From Mobula hypostoma (taxonomy: Eukaryota), in NCBI RefSeq assembly GCF_963921235.1, contig NW_026948136.1:558001-622000 (forward strand): DNA of 64,000 nucleotides, written 5' to 3'. The stretch's first letter is position 1, and each line of letters begins with the position of its first letter. The translations under genes were made by a program, and so were the position numbers. The notes beneath the pieces are model-generated. The model made no database searches. It had not been told where the DNA came from and saw only the letters and a program-made list of their open reading frames with translations. Of this stretch, positions 35,432 through 47,985 are shown in pieces.

Positions 35432-38400
35432 GAATCTGAATCAGGTTTATTATCACCGGCAGGTGGCGTGAAACTTGTTAACTTAGCAGCAGCAGTACAA
35501 TGTAATACATAATATAGAAGAAAAAAAACATACAAAATAAAATAATAATAATTAATAAATAAATAACCAAATCAATTGCAGTATTCGTATATTGAATAGA
35601 TTTAAAATTGTGTAAAAAAACAGAAATACTATATATTAAAAAAGTGAGGTAGTGTCCAAGGGTTCAATGTCCATTTAGGAATCGGATGGCAGAGGGGAAG
35701 AATCTGTCCCTGAATCGCTGAGTGTGTGACTTCAGGCTTCTGTACCTCCTACCTGATGGCAAAAGCGAGGAAACGGCATGCCCTGGGTTCTGGAGGTCTT
35801 TAATAATGGACGCTGCCTTTCTGAGACACTGCTCCTTGAAGATGCCCTGGGTACTTGGTAGACTAGCACCCAAGATGGAGCCGACTAGATTTACCACCCT
35901 CTGCAGCTTCTTTCGGTCCTGTGCAGTAACCCCTCCATACCAGACAGTGATGCAGCCTGTCAGAATACTCTCCACAGTACATCTATAGAAGTTTTTGAAT
36001 GTATTTGTTGACATGCCAAATCTCTTCAAACTCCTAATAAAATATAGCCACTGTCTTGCCTTCTTTATAGCTGCATCGATATGTTGGGACCAGGTTAGAT
36101 CCTCAGAGATCTTGACACCCAGGAACTTGAAACTGCTCACTCTCTCCACTTCTGATCCCTCTATGAGGATTGGTGTGTGTTCCTTCATCTTACCCTTCCT
36201 GAAGTCCACAATCAGCTCTTTCGTCTTACTGACATTGAGTGCCAGGTTGTTGCTGCGACACCACTCCACTAGTTGGCATATCTCGCTCCTGTACGCCCTC
36301 TCATCTCCATCTGAGATTCTACCAACAATGGTTGTATCATCAGCAAATTTATATATGGTATTTGAGCTATGCTTAGCCACACAGTCGTGGGTGTATAGAG
36401 AGTAGAGCAGTGGGCTAAGCACACACCCCTGAGGTGCACCAGTGTTGATCGTCAGTGAGGAGGAGATGTGATCACCAATCAGCACAGATTCCGGCCTTCC
36501 GGTTAGGAAGTCGAGGATCCAATTGCAGAGGGAAATACAGAGGCCCAGGTTCTGCAACTTCTCAATCAGAGTTGTGGGAATGATGGTATTAAATGCTGAA
36601 CTATGGTCGATGAACAGCATCCTGACATACGTGTTTGGGTTGTCCAGGTGGTCTAAAGCCGTGTGAAGAGCCATTGAGATTGCATCCGCCGTTGACCTAA
36701 TATGGTGATAGGCAAATTGCAATGGGTCCGGGTCCTTGCTGTGGCAGGAGTTCAGTCTAGTCATAACCAACCTCTCAAAGCATTTCATCACTGTGGATGT
36801 GAGTGCTACTGGGTGATAATCATTAAGGCAGCTCACAGTATTTTTCTTAGGTACTGGTATAATTGTTGCCTTTTTGAAGTAAGTGAGAATTTCCGCCCAT
36901 AGCAGTGAGAGGTTGAAAATGTCCTTGAATACTCCCGCCAGTTGCTTGGCACAGGTTTTCAGAGCCTGACCAAGTACTCCATCTGGACCTTCTGCCTTGT
37001 GAGGGTTCACTCTCTTAAAATACAGCCTGACATCGGCCTCTGAGACAGAGATCACAGGGTCATCAGGTGCAGCAGGAATCTTCACAGCTGTAGTTGTGTT
37101 CTCCCTTTCAAAGCGTGCAGTTCATTTGGTAGTGAAGCGTTGCTGCCATTCATGCTATTGGGTTTTGCTTTGTAGGAAGTCATGTCTTGCAGACGCAGCC
37201 AGAGTTGTCGTGCATCCGATGTCACCTCCAACCTCGTTCAAAATTGTCTCTTCGCCCTTGAAATAGCCCTCCGCAAACCATACCTGGTTTTCTGGTACAG
37301 GACTGGGTCACCAGACTTGAATGCCACAGATCTAACCTTCAGCAGACGAATTACCTCCTGGTTCATCCACAGCTTTTGGTTTGGGAATATGCAGTAGGTA
37401 TTTATAGGCACACGCTCATCCACACAGGTTTTAATGAAGTCGGTAACAACTGCAGCATACTCATCCGGGTTCGAAGATGAATCCCTGAATACAGTCCAAT
37501 CCACCGATTCAAAGCAGTCCTGTAGGTGCTCCTGTGCTTCCCTTGTCCAAACCCTCTTGGTCCTCACTGCTGGTGCTGCAATCTTCAGACTCTGCCTATA
37601 CTCAGGGAGTAGAAGTACAGCTAGGTGATGAGACTTCCCGAAGTGAAGGCTTGGAATAGGCATTCTTGATGGTAATGTAGCAATGGTCCAGTGTGTTGTT
37701 TACTCTGGTATTGCAATTGATCTGTTGTTGGTAATTGCTTAGTGATTTTTTTCGGACTGGCCTGGTTAAAATCTCCCAAAACGATGGTGAAGGCGTTAGG
37801 ACGCGCTGTTTCATGTGTGTTGATACCATTGCTCAGATCATCTAAAGCCTGCTTGATATTGGCCTGAGGTGGAATGTATACTGCTACCAAAATGACACTG
37901 GAGAACTCTCGTGGTTGGTAAAAAGGACGGCACTTATATATTCTATATATCTGCTATATATTCCAGAGCAGAATTGGGACAGCACTGATATATTTGTGTA
38001 CCAAGAAGAGCTGATTATGCGGCATACTCCTTCACCTCTGCTTTTGAGAGACTCTATAGATCTGTCCTGACGGTGTACAATAAACCCGTCGATCTGAATC
38101 GCTGCTTCCGGTACGGAAGGGGTTAACCAGGATTCCGGGAAACAAAGGACGCACGCGGTCCTAATGTCCCTCTGATTCAGCACACCAGCTCTGAGGTCCT
38201 CGATTTTATTCAGCAGAGACTGCACGTTTACCAGCAAGACAGTCGGTATTGGGAGCTTAATTCCCCGTTTCCTTAAACGCACTTGTGTCCCGGACCTTAC
38301 GTGGAAACCTACGTGCACCCTTCCGTCCACAATCAGTGTTTCTTTTAAATGCATTAAGACATCTTTGTTGACTGCTCTGACCTTGGAAGCAGTTGTGCTT

Positions 38401-38462
38401 TTTAGCTGTATCCGGCCGAAACGAGAATTTTTAATCGTAACCATTGAGAGTTCTGCTGATGC
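35432..38462 (-). mobile_element. Near full-length Rex1/Babar LINE (APE broken, RT open)
   Basis: APE NVQSLLNKI, FPESWL, LGDFN, TLDHCY; (CAGATT) tail at ~35432-35443. Confidence 0.95.
35664..37085 (-). CDS. Rex1 reverse-transcriptase domain ORF, 473 aa (remnant of ORF2)
   Basis: [37 protein letters not shown] uninterrupted to the natural stop; expression not implied. Confidence 0.7.
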   Translation of the reverse strand: MKIPAAPDDPVISVSEADVRLYFKRVNPHKAEGPDGVLGQALKTCAKQLAGVFKDIFNLSLLWAEILTYFKKATIIPVPKKNTVSCLNDYHPVALTSTVMKCFERLVMTRLNSCHSKDPDPLQFAYHHIRSTADAISMALHTALDHLDNPNTYVRMLFIDHSSAFNTIIPTTLIEKLQNLGLCISLCNWILDFLTGRPESVLIGDHISSSLTINTGAPQGCVLSPLLYSLYTHDCVAKHSSNTIYKFADDTTIVGRISDGDERAYRSEICQLVEWCRSNNLALNVSKTKELIVDFRKGKMKEHTPILIEGSEVERVSSFKFLGVKISEDLTWSQHIDAAIKKARQWLYFIRSLKRFGMSTNTFKNFYRCTVESILTGCITVWYGGVTAQDRKKLQRVVNLVGSILGASLPSTQGIFKEQCLRKAASIIKDLQNPGHAVSSLLPSGRRYRSLKSHTQRFRDRFFPSAIRFLNGH

Positions 38463-38911
38463 ACGAGTCCTCCATACCCAGCAATATCCTTTTAAATTTT
38501 CTCTGTACTATTTCAACCTTGTCTGCATCTTTCCTGTATGTAGGTGACCAAAACTGCACACAATCCTCCAAATTAGACCTTACACAGTTTCAACATAACA
38601 TCCCATCTCCTGTACTTAATACATTGATTTCTGAAGGCCAACATGCCAAAAACTTTCTTTATGACCCTATCGACCTGTGATGCTACTTTCAAAGAATTAT
38701 GGACCTGTATTCCCAATTCCCTTTGTTCTGCCACACTCCTCAGTGCCCTAGCGTTCACTCTGTAACACAATGCAACACCTTGTGCTTGTCTGAATTAAAC
38801 TTAATCTGCAATTTTTCAGCCCATTTTTCTAGCTGATGCAGATCTCCCTGCAAGCCATAATAGCCTTCCTCACTGTCCACTACACCTTCAAATTTGGTGT
38901 CATTCACAAAT

Positions 38912-40106
38912 TGTCATGGTCCGTTCCATGAAGTCCACATTCCAGTTCACGGTCCGGTCTGTGGCCTCAGGACTCCGGGTCTTCCAGCTGTCCCTTTTTT
39001 GGTTGAGTTAATTGTAGGCACCTGATTCCCATCTTGGGGCTTAGAATATAAGTAGCCTTGGGGTTGAGTGTGGGAGGCTGGTTTGTTTTGTCAAGATCCC
39101 CTGGGAGCAACCTGCCGGTGGAAGGCTGGAGTGGCCACTTGCCATCTTTGGGCCGCGTTGGGGAACCATGGAGCCTTGCTGTCGGTAGTCGGAGCTGTTT
39201 TTGCGGTAGGGATCCGGCTGTTTCCGTAGCCAGCTGAGGTTGCTGGCTGAACTGAGACTCGGAGCTACCCCGGAGCAGAGATGGAACTGTCTGTTGTTCT
39301 TTGGTGTTTGTCTCTTCTTGTCCTCGCCTCCATGGGGTAATTCAGGCCGTTCTGCAGTTGCTCTGCACGGGGTCCTGTCTTGTCTTGTCTTGTCTTGTTC
39401 TCGACTCCGTGGGGTAAGTCAGGTCTTTTGCCGTTGCCCTGCGGGGGGGATCTGTCTTGTCTTGTCTTGTCTTGTCTTGTCTTTGCCTCTGTTGGGTAAG
39501 TCTGACTGTTCTACCGTTACCCGACGGATGGTCCTGTCCTACCTTGGTGTGGAGAAGAAGTTGAGTCCCGACTTGTCTAAGTACAAGTCCCGGCTCTATG
39601 TCTACATACTGTCCTGTCTCATGTTGGTGTCATGTTAACGATGAGTCCCGGCTTTTCGTAGGATAAGTCTTGGCTCTATGTTAACGTACAGTTCCCAGTC
39701 TGCCTCCGAGTTCCAGCCTCCGCATCTCAAGAACCCAGACCCCAGCCCGCATCCAGGCTCAAGACCTAAGGCCCAAGGCCCCAGCCCGCATCCAGGCTCA
39801 AGACCGACGGCCCCTGCCCGCAGCCAAGATCAGGCCTCTAGACCCCAGCCATCTCTTGTCCTGAAGCCATGTCATGTCCTTGCCTGGTTCTGGGTCCTTG
39901 TCCAGTCTTGGGGTCGGAGTCCAAGCCTTGTCTCCTTGTCCATGGTTTCTAGTCCTGGTCCCGCTTCCCCTAGCCCAAGTCTGTGTTCTTGTCCCTGCTC
40001 CTTGTCTGTATCATGTCACGTCCCTACTCTAGTCAAGTCCTGTTTCTTGTACTTCAGTGTCTGTGTCTTGCATTTAGATCCGTTCCCAATGCCCCGCTTT
40101 GTGACA
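38912..40106 (+). mobile_element. Solo LTR with 5-bp TSD CAAAT, same family as 8184-9270
   Basis: TGTCATGGTCC...GTGACA termini; CAAAT at 38907-38911 and 40107-40111; both ends align to the reverse complement of 8184-9270. Confidence 0.93.
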
Positions 40107-41989
40107 CAAATTTGCTGATCCAGTTAAGCACATTATCGTCCAGATTGTAGACATAGATGACAAACAACAATGGGCCCAGCACTGGTCCCTGCAGCACACC
40201 ACTGGTCACAGGCCTCCAGTCAGAAAGGCAAACCTCTACTACCACTCTCTGGCTTCTCCCACAAAGCCAATGTCTAATCCAATTTACAACCTATGCTAAA
40301 TGCCGAGCGACTAAACCCTCTTGATCAACCTCACATACGGGACCTTGTCAAATGCCTTGCTAAAGTCCATGTAGACAACATCCACTGCTTTGCCTTCATC
40401 CGCTTTCCTGGTAACTTCCTCGTAAAATTCTATAAGTTTGGTGAGACATGACCTACCAAGCATGAGGTCACGCGGACTGTCCAAATGCTTATATATCCGG
40501 TCCTTTAGAAAACCTTCCAATAACTTTCCCACAACGGATGTCGGACTCACCAGCCTATAATTTATGTTTAAATCCTTCTTAAACAGCGAACGACGTTGGC
40601 CATCCTCCAGTCCTCTGGTACCTCTCCTGTCACTAAGGGTAATTTAAATATCTTCGCTAGGGCCCCGGCAGTTTCTGCACTTGCCTCATGTAGGGTCCGA
40701 ATGAGGGAGCACCTTGTCAAGCCCTGTGGATTTATCCACCCTAATTGCCTCAAGGCAATAAACACCTCTTCCCCTATCATCTGTGCAGGGTCCATGAAGT
40801 TGATGCTGATTTGCCTCACTTCTATAAACTCTGAGTCCGTCCTGAGCAAGTACCGATGTAAAGAATTCTTTTACGATCTCCCCCACCAGTTCTGGCTCCA
40901 CACATGGATTGCCAGTCTGGTCTTCCTGAGGATCAATTTTGTCCCTTGCGATCCTTTTGCATACGTATCTGTGGAATCCCTTTAGGATTCTCCTTCACCT
41001 TGCCTGCAAGAGAAACTTCATGCCTTCTTCTGTCCTTCCTGATTTCTTTCTTAGGTGTTCTCTTGCATTTCCTGTACCCCATAAACACCTTATTTGTTTC
41101 TACTTGCTTGTACCTGCTATGCACCCCTTTTTCTCTCTCTTAACCAGGTCCCTTGGAAAACCAATTCTCTACATCTGTTATCTTTACCCTTTATTCTGAC
41201 AGGCACGTGCAAGCTTCGTACTCTCAACATTCTGTTTTCCAAGGCCTTGCACTTACCAAGCACACCTTAGCCAGAAAACAGCCTGCCCCACTCCACACCT
41301 GCCAGGTAATTTCTGCTACATTCAAAATTGGCCTTTCTCCAATTTAGAACCTCAACCCATGGAGCAGACCTATCTTTTTGCAATATTTACTTTGAAACGA
41401 GTGGCATTGCGGTCACTGGGTGCAAAGTGTCCCCTACACAAACTTCTGTCACCTGCCCTGTCTCATTCCCTGATAGCAGATCAAGTATTGCACACTATCT
41501 TTTTGGGACTTCTACTTGCTGGTGAAGGAAATTTTCTTGAACACAATTGACAAACTCTATCCAGTCTAGTCCTTTTATAGTGTGGGATTCCCAGTCACTA
41601 TGGGGAAAGTTAAAATTGCTTACTGTCATTACTTGCAAGTGTCCCAGATGTCTCTTCTAAATTCGCTCGTCTAAACCCCGCGGACCGTTGGGTGGACTAT
41701 AATATAATCCCATCAACGTCGTTCTGCTCTTCTTATTCATCAGTTCTACCTATAAAGCCAGACGAGTCGAGTTCTCTGGTCTGTCCTGACTGAGCACTGA
41801 CTTGACACTTGGCCACCCCTTCCCCTGTAGTCACCACCCACGTCTCATTTCACGTCTAAAATAATGGAACCACGGAACAATGAGCTGTCAGTTCTGCCCT
41901 TCCGAGATCCAACTCTCACTAATACCTACAATGTGACAATTCCACACACTGACTCATTCCATATCGTATCTGCTTTTCCTACAATGATG

Positions 41990-43100
41990 GGCTGGGGAAG
42001 TTGCCCTCTCAGGAACGGACGAGCAAGTGATTTCCCCAGAGACGGCGTGGTGTGTCAGAGACGGGAAGGGGAACCAGGAGTTCCAGACCTGGGGAGGAGG
42101 GTGTTGCACAGATCGGAAGAGGGGTGGGGGGGGCTGTCCCAGTTTGGGTGTGAGAGTCGGAAGGGTGTGGGATATGGAAGATAGTTGGGAGATTTCCCAA
42201 GGAGGAAGGGCTTTAGAAGAGCAGAAAGGGGGCATCCTCACAGTGGGTGGGGGCATTGAGGGAATGGATGAACGGTAAGTCCCAGAGAAGGGGCATATCA
42301 GATACAGGGGTGCAAGAGGACCTCCTGGAAATGGGAGGGAGTGGACAGATTGGGTGTAGACGGGTAGAGAGCATCCCAGAGCTCTGAGATGATTGGATAC
42401 GGGCGTTGCAGACAAGGAAATAGGGTGTGGTGGGGTACGGTACATGGCCAGATGGGTTTGAGACGGGAGGGTGGGGAAGGGTGCGTGGCCGAGATGGGTT
42501 TGAGAGGGTGGGGAAGGGGGCATCCAGAGATGAGGGGAAGGAGGACTGTGAAAAGGGTCGTAGTGGCAATAGAGGGTGGAAAAAGGTTCTCATAGACTCG
42601 GGAGGGAAGGAAGGACAAATGGGGCATCATAAAAAATGATCGTGGGAGCTGGGAGTGTGAGCGCCCTAGAGAATTTGGAGCGGCGTTTCAGAGATAGGAG
42701 AGGGGTTAGGGCAGGTCCCACATGAGTGGAAGTGGCGTCAGGGGCGGGGCGATGATGTGACTGTGCTGTGCCGTAAGGTGATGGATGGGGTAGGGGGGAA
42801 GACGGGTTGAGTGTGGGGAAGGGGCGAGGTGGGTGTTCCAGAGATGGATGAGAAGCTGACTAGGCATCCCAGGCACTCGGTGGGTATGGGAGAGGGGCAT
42901 TCCAGGGAATGGTCGGAAGGGGCTCCCCAGAGAAAGAAGGGGGGGGGGCAGGCGGCATACCACAGTGGAAGAGTGATGGGGTAGGGATGACCCAGACCCT
43001 GAGGTGGGAGAAAGGGTGTGCCGCAGAGAATGGGGGAGGTGCAGGGGGAAGCTCGAATGGGCGTAATCCATCCATAGACAGTGGGGAGAAATAGACACCA
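41990..43100 (+). repeat. G-rich cryptic tandem repeat
   Basis: Many degenerate GGCRTCCCAGAGAYGGG motifs. Confidence 0.75.
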
Positions 43101-44170
43101 GTACCAGGTGCACCGATCTGCAGCCCCTGAGAGAATGTATTCAGGAACTTCATCTGCAGCTCGATGACCTTCGGCTCACATGGCAGAATGAGGAGTTGAT
43201 AGACAGGAAGGTTGTAGGAGGCGAGGCAGGTAACTGTCAGGAGAAGGAGGGGAAATGCACACCTGTGGCCGTTCCCCTCAATAATAAGTATTCAGCTTTG
43301 GATACTACTGAGGGGTCCACCTTTCGGGGGGAGCCACAGTGACCGGGTCTCTGATACTGAGTCTGTGGCACACCGGTAATCACAGGCCTTCAGTCAGAGA
43401 GGCAACCTCTACTACCACTCTCCAGCTTCTCCGACAAAGCCAATATCTAATCCAATTTACAACATCATCCTGAATGCTGAGTGACTGAACCTACTTGACC
43501 AGCCTCCCATGAGGGTCCTTGTCAAATGCCTTACTAAAGTCCATGTAGACAACATCCACTGATTTACCTTCATCCATTTTGCTGGTAACTTGCTCGTAAA
43601 ATTCTATAAGATTGGTGAGACGTGACCTACCAAGCATGAAGTCATGCTGACTATCCCAATGCTTATATATCCGGTCCCTTAGAAAATCCCTTAGTGCTGT
43701 GGCTGAGAAGAGCAGAGAGGCGAAGGGAACTGCAGTGTTGAAAGGAGACTCCTTACTCACAGGAACACAGATGAGATTCTGTGGGCGCAATAGAGACACC
43801 CGGATGTTGTGTTGCCTCCCATTGCCTATGTCAAGGATGTCTCGGCTCAGGTCCTTGGCATTCTCGGGGGGGGGGGGCGGCGGAGCAGCCAGACGTTTAG
43901 GTACATACTGGCACCAACGACCTAGGTAGATAAGGTGAGGAAGTCCTAAAGTGAGATCTTAGGGAGCTAGTTCGAAAGGTGAGAAACAGGGCAGTAATCT
44001 CTGGATAGCTGCCTGTGCCACATGCTGGTGAGGGTAAGGATAGAATCACCTGGCAGGTGAATCCGTGGCTGAGGAACTGGTGTAGGGGGGAGGGGGTCAG
44101 ATTTACGAGTCAACAGGATCCCTACTTGGGAAGGTACGATCTGTACCATAGGGACGAGTTACACCTGAAA
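43100..44170 (+). mobile_element. CR1 ORF1 fragment carrying an inverted CR1 RT piece (~43375-43690)
   Basis: AVLKGDSLLTGTQMRFCGRNRDTRMLCCLP, NPWLRNWCRGEG, DELHL; the insert encodes YMDFSKAFDK on the minus strand. Confidence 0.85.
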
Positions 44171-44420
44171 GAAGGCAGGTGGAGGGGAGGGAGGGAAGGG
44201 AGGTGGAGAGTGAGGGGGAGGTAAGAGGTGATTGAGGGAGGGTGAGAGGGAGAGGAGTGGTGGGGAATGGGGAATTGGTGAGTGGAGAGAGGGATAAGGC
44301 AGCAAGGGCAAGGCAAGGGAGGGCGGGAAGGGAGAGGGAGTGAGGAACGGAGGGGGAGGATGGAAAGAGGGATGTGGGAGAAGGAGAGGGTGAGAGCAAG
44401 GGGAGGGTGGCAATTATCTT
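44170..44420 (+). repeat. GA-rich tract, positional equivalent of 15380-16435
   Basis: Polypurine run directly before the L2 tail, as in unit 1. Confidence 0.8.
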
Positions 44421-44429
44421 TTGAGGGAG

Positions 44430-45290
44430 ATTGGTTAAATTCAAAGGAACAGCAGAAGACCCGAGAGCTCGAACAAGATTATGAAATGAAATGAAACATC
44501 TGTGATATAGTCTGGTCCCACGCCAATGAGAGCTTTAAAAACAAGTAGGAGAACTTTAAAATCAATTGTAAAAGATACAGGCAGCCAGTGGAAGGTCATC
44601 AGGATGGGAGTGATGTGCTCCCTCATTTTAGTTTCAGTTTAAAGTCCAGCAGTGGTGGTTTAAATGCATTGAAATTTGTCAATAGATTGGTGTGGAAGGC
44701 CAGTGAAAATAAAGGTGTGAATTAATTTTACAACACAATTACGCGACAAGCACCCGACGGTGCCAGCGTCCAGGGGTTCAGGCGCTCTAACTCTCCAGAA
44801 TATGGATAGCTGGTTTGGCTTACCCCTCTGATTGCAGCCATGTTTTGACGCCAGGATTTTAATACTTAAAGAGCTGCTGAACTACAGATCGTTGCTCAAT
44901 CAGCAGCTCAACTTTCGGATCTCGTCCAGTGTCCTGTCTCCCCATCAATCTCGTCTCGTTCCCCGATTCTAGTCTCGTATGCTCCAGTACCCGGGTCCTA
45001 ACCTAGCTGAAGTCTATCTCCCCTGGATCATCTTGTCACACGTGCCTTTGCAATATCTCTTAATTGCTCTGGCCACTTTCTAGATGTGTGATTTTAAATT
45101 CAAGTCTGAATCAAGGTTAACACCCAGGCTTTTTCCAATTCTGATTTTACAGGGGGAGTCAAGTTCCCAAGTTAATCAAGAAGTTTATCTCTTTTGGCTT
45201 TGGGACCAACCAAAGGCATTTCGGTTTTATCTGCATTTAGATCTAGGAAATTATTGCCCCTTCACTTGTTGGAGAAATAAGTTACCACTG
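44430..45290 (-). mobile_element. L2 LINE 3' fragment (with an LTR-like insert ~44716-45040)
   Basis: REHITPILMTFHWLPVSFTIDFKVLLLVFKAL is a typical L2 C-terminus. Confidence 0.88.
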
Positions 45291-45674
45291 AGCAGGAATT
45301 AAGTGCTAAATTGCCCGCTGCATACCCCTTCAGCAGTAATGATTAAAAGTATGGTGAACATCAGAGCTCTGCAGGAAAAACAAGGGAAACATCTGTGGAA
45401 ACAGCGGCAGCTAAACAGAGCAAGGTGCTTGGGAGAAATGCTCGCTTTGTAAACACGGTCACCGGGGACACGAGCAGACCAAAACAGGATAAAGGAGATG
45501 AAGGAGTGAGAAGCACACACTTTCCATCGGACAATAACTCTAACTAAAACCAGGACTCTACCTAAATGAGTAACTCTAACAAAAACTACCTTGCCATTTT
45601 TGAACAGATTAAAAAGAAATGAAGGAGCAAATATTGTGTAATCTTCTTGGTTATTGCTACCTAGAATAATGTAT

Positions 45675-45965
45675 CATGATTGGTATTCTATGTATCCAAA
45701 TAAGGGATTTAAAGCACAAGATTTCAGTTGGTCAATATCGATATAAAAGTGACAACTCTGAGCTGAAGTTTCGGAACAGTTCTGTGACGGGGACTGGACT
45801 GTTGTCCTGGTACACAAGTAAATAAAGTTCGAAGGAAGAGCGGCCGCAAGTTGTCAGAGACCAGGTGATCGGTGAGGTCACTTCACCCAGAGCGGTGACC
45901 GTTCGGAACCCGTCACTACAGGGACAGACTGAGGGGAGCGGCAGGGATGGATTGAAGGGGGAGCT
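45675..45965 (+). promoter_or_regulatory. Second copy of the convergent CCAAT/TATA element
   Basis: ATTGG at 45679, TATAAAAG 45742-45749, 149-bp block identical to 21394-21542. Confidence 0.5.
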
Positions 45966-46099
45966 GAGTGAACAGAGAGAGACAAAAGAACATCAGTACA
46001 GGGTGGTGGGACAGGAGCACTGGCAGTGACCAGAGGGGGAGAATGGCTTCTCTACTGTGCACTGAGTTTGTAGCAAAGACAGGAAGGATCTGAAACACA

Positions 46100-46875
46100 A
46101 GAATTAAAATTGAACTGGTTTATTCATCACAGATTCAAAATATTAAACTCCAGTCAAATTAAATCTAATGTCAACAAAACAAACCCAATTGTGCCCAGAG
46201 ACCAAAGATCTGTTCCATGTGTGATGAAGAGCAGCAATGACTGCAGAATCTGACACCAACACTCACTACTGAACTTGCAGCCAAATTCACCAAATGTGGG
46301 GGTTAAAAATTCAACATGAGTTACTTAAACTGCCTCCCCTGTGTGAACTGACTGGTATTTCAGCAGGCGGGATGACTGAGGAATTCCCTTCATTCATTTA
46401 AAGCAGCTGAAAGGCCCCTCCCAGCTCTGATGCCTGAATAAATCCCATTCCACACACAGAGAGGGAGAATGGCCTCTGTCCAGTGTGAACGATATTGAGA
46501 TCCAGCAGTTGATATGAACAAATGAATCCCTTCCCACACCTGGAGCAGGTGAGCAACCTCTTCCCAGTGTGAACCTGCTGGTGTATCTGCAGGATGGATG
46601 ACTGCTTGACTCCCTTCCCACACTTGGCAGGTGATTGATTTTTCCCTGCTGTGAGCTCTCTGGTGTCTCATCGGGTCAGACGAATCTCTCAGCAGTTCAG
46701 CAGCTGATCTTCAGTGAGAACGTGCTGTGTGTTCTCAGGCCCCTAGTTCCAATGGGCTTCAATGAGAAATTTAAACAAAACTACATTTCAGACACAAAGC
46801 AGGTGCATGTTTCCAGCTGGGATGAAATACACCCTCTTGTCTGAGGTTTGAAAACTGATATATTTGTGTCCAGAG
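46100..46875 (-). pseudogene. Decayed ZNF last exon downstream of ZNF unit 2
   Basis: Paralog of 21670-22690 with broken fingers and AATAAA at ~46119-46124. Confidence 0.85.
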
Positions 46876-47985
46876 TTCTAAACCCTGCCCCCTACTGACC
46901 CATCTCTGGATTGTGACCCTGCTCAACTGAACATCTAATTAATGATCCCCCAGTCTGCTTTCAGACTTTAGAGGGCAGTGGTGTATTGTAACAACCCAGC
47001 TGTGTGACACACAACCCTTGGTAAATAGGGAAAATGACCCATTATGTTGAAAAGAGCGGTGCAGGAGTTTAATAACCAATGTCATTCTACCTCAGCCCAG
47101 AGACTTTATTTAGTGAAACAATGCAGTGTAGGCTCTTGTAGATCTTCCAGCCACGCCACCCCAACAATCCCTGACAAACCCAATTGACCCTGACTGAATC
47201 ACAGGACAATTTTCAATGATCAATTAACCTACTAACTGGTACATCTTTGGACTCTGGGAGGATACCTGAGCACCTGGGGAACACCCCAAGTATTCCATGG
47301 GGAGAACATACGAAGATTATTTCAGATGTAATTGCACTGAGCTTGTCTTCTTCTTCTCCCAGAGAATTTCTTTGAAGAGAAACCTCTTCACCCACAGAGT
47401 GGTGACAATTTGGAACCCACCACCACAGGGAGGTGAAGAGCAGGGACAGATATAAAAGCTCTGTGCTGGATCAGAAACCCTGTCAGGGACCAACTGGGCT
47501 GAGTTGACACCCTATTATATACTGGTTCTGTTGTGCATGCACTTAATTCCCAAAATAAGTTTAAAACTGATTTATTTGTCAGAGAATCAGAATATTAAAC
47601 TCCAGAACCATTAATGGTCCACATCAGAGGAAGCAACTCCTCCCATGTCCACTGACCAGGGTACAGAACTGGGTGGGACGAGCAGGGGCAGTAATTGCAT
47701 TCTAACACTGAATTGTCACTTTTGAATTTGCCTCTGCATTCAGCCAGGATGTTGGCTAAACATCCAGCACGTGTATGTAGAGTACTTCATAAGGCTGGAT
47801 GACTGAGTCATTCACTTCTCACATTCAGAGCAGATCTCTCCCCAGAGGGAACTTGCTGGTGGGCTTGCAGATGAGATAACTGAGTGAATCTCTTCCCACA
47901 TTCAGAGCAGGTAAACAGTATCTCCCTATAGTTAACTCATTGTTGTCTCAATGGAGTGGATGAGTTACTGAATTTCTTCCCACAT

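Larger units (their letters stand above)
35020..41950 (-). mobile_element. CR1 LINE disrupted by Rex1 and solo-LTR insertions
   Basis: 3' tail ~35020-35430, resumes at ~38463; YMDFSKAFDKV, VTSGVLQGPVLGPLLF, EVPEDWRMANV. Confidence 0.9.
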
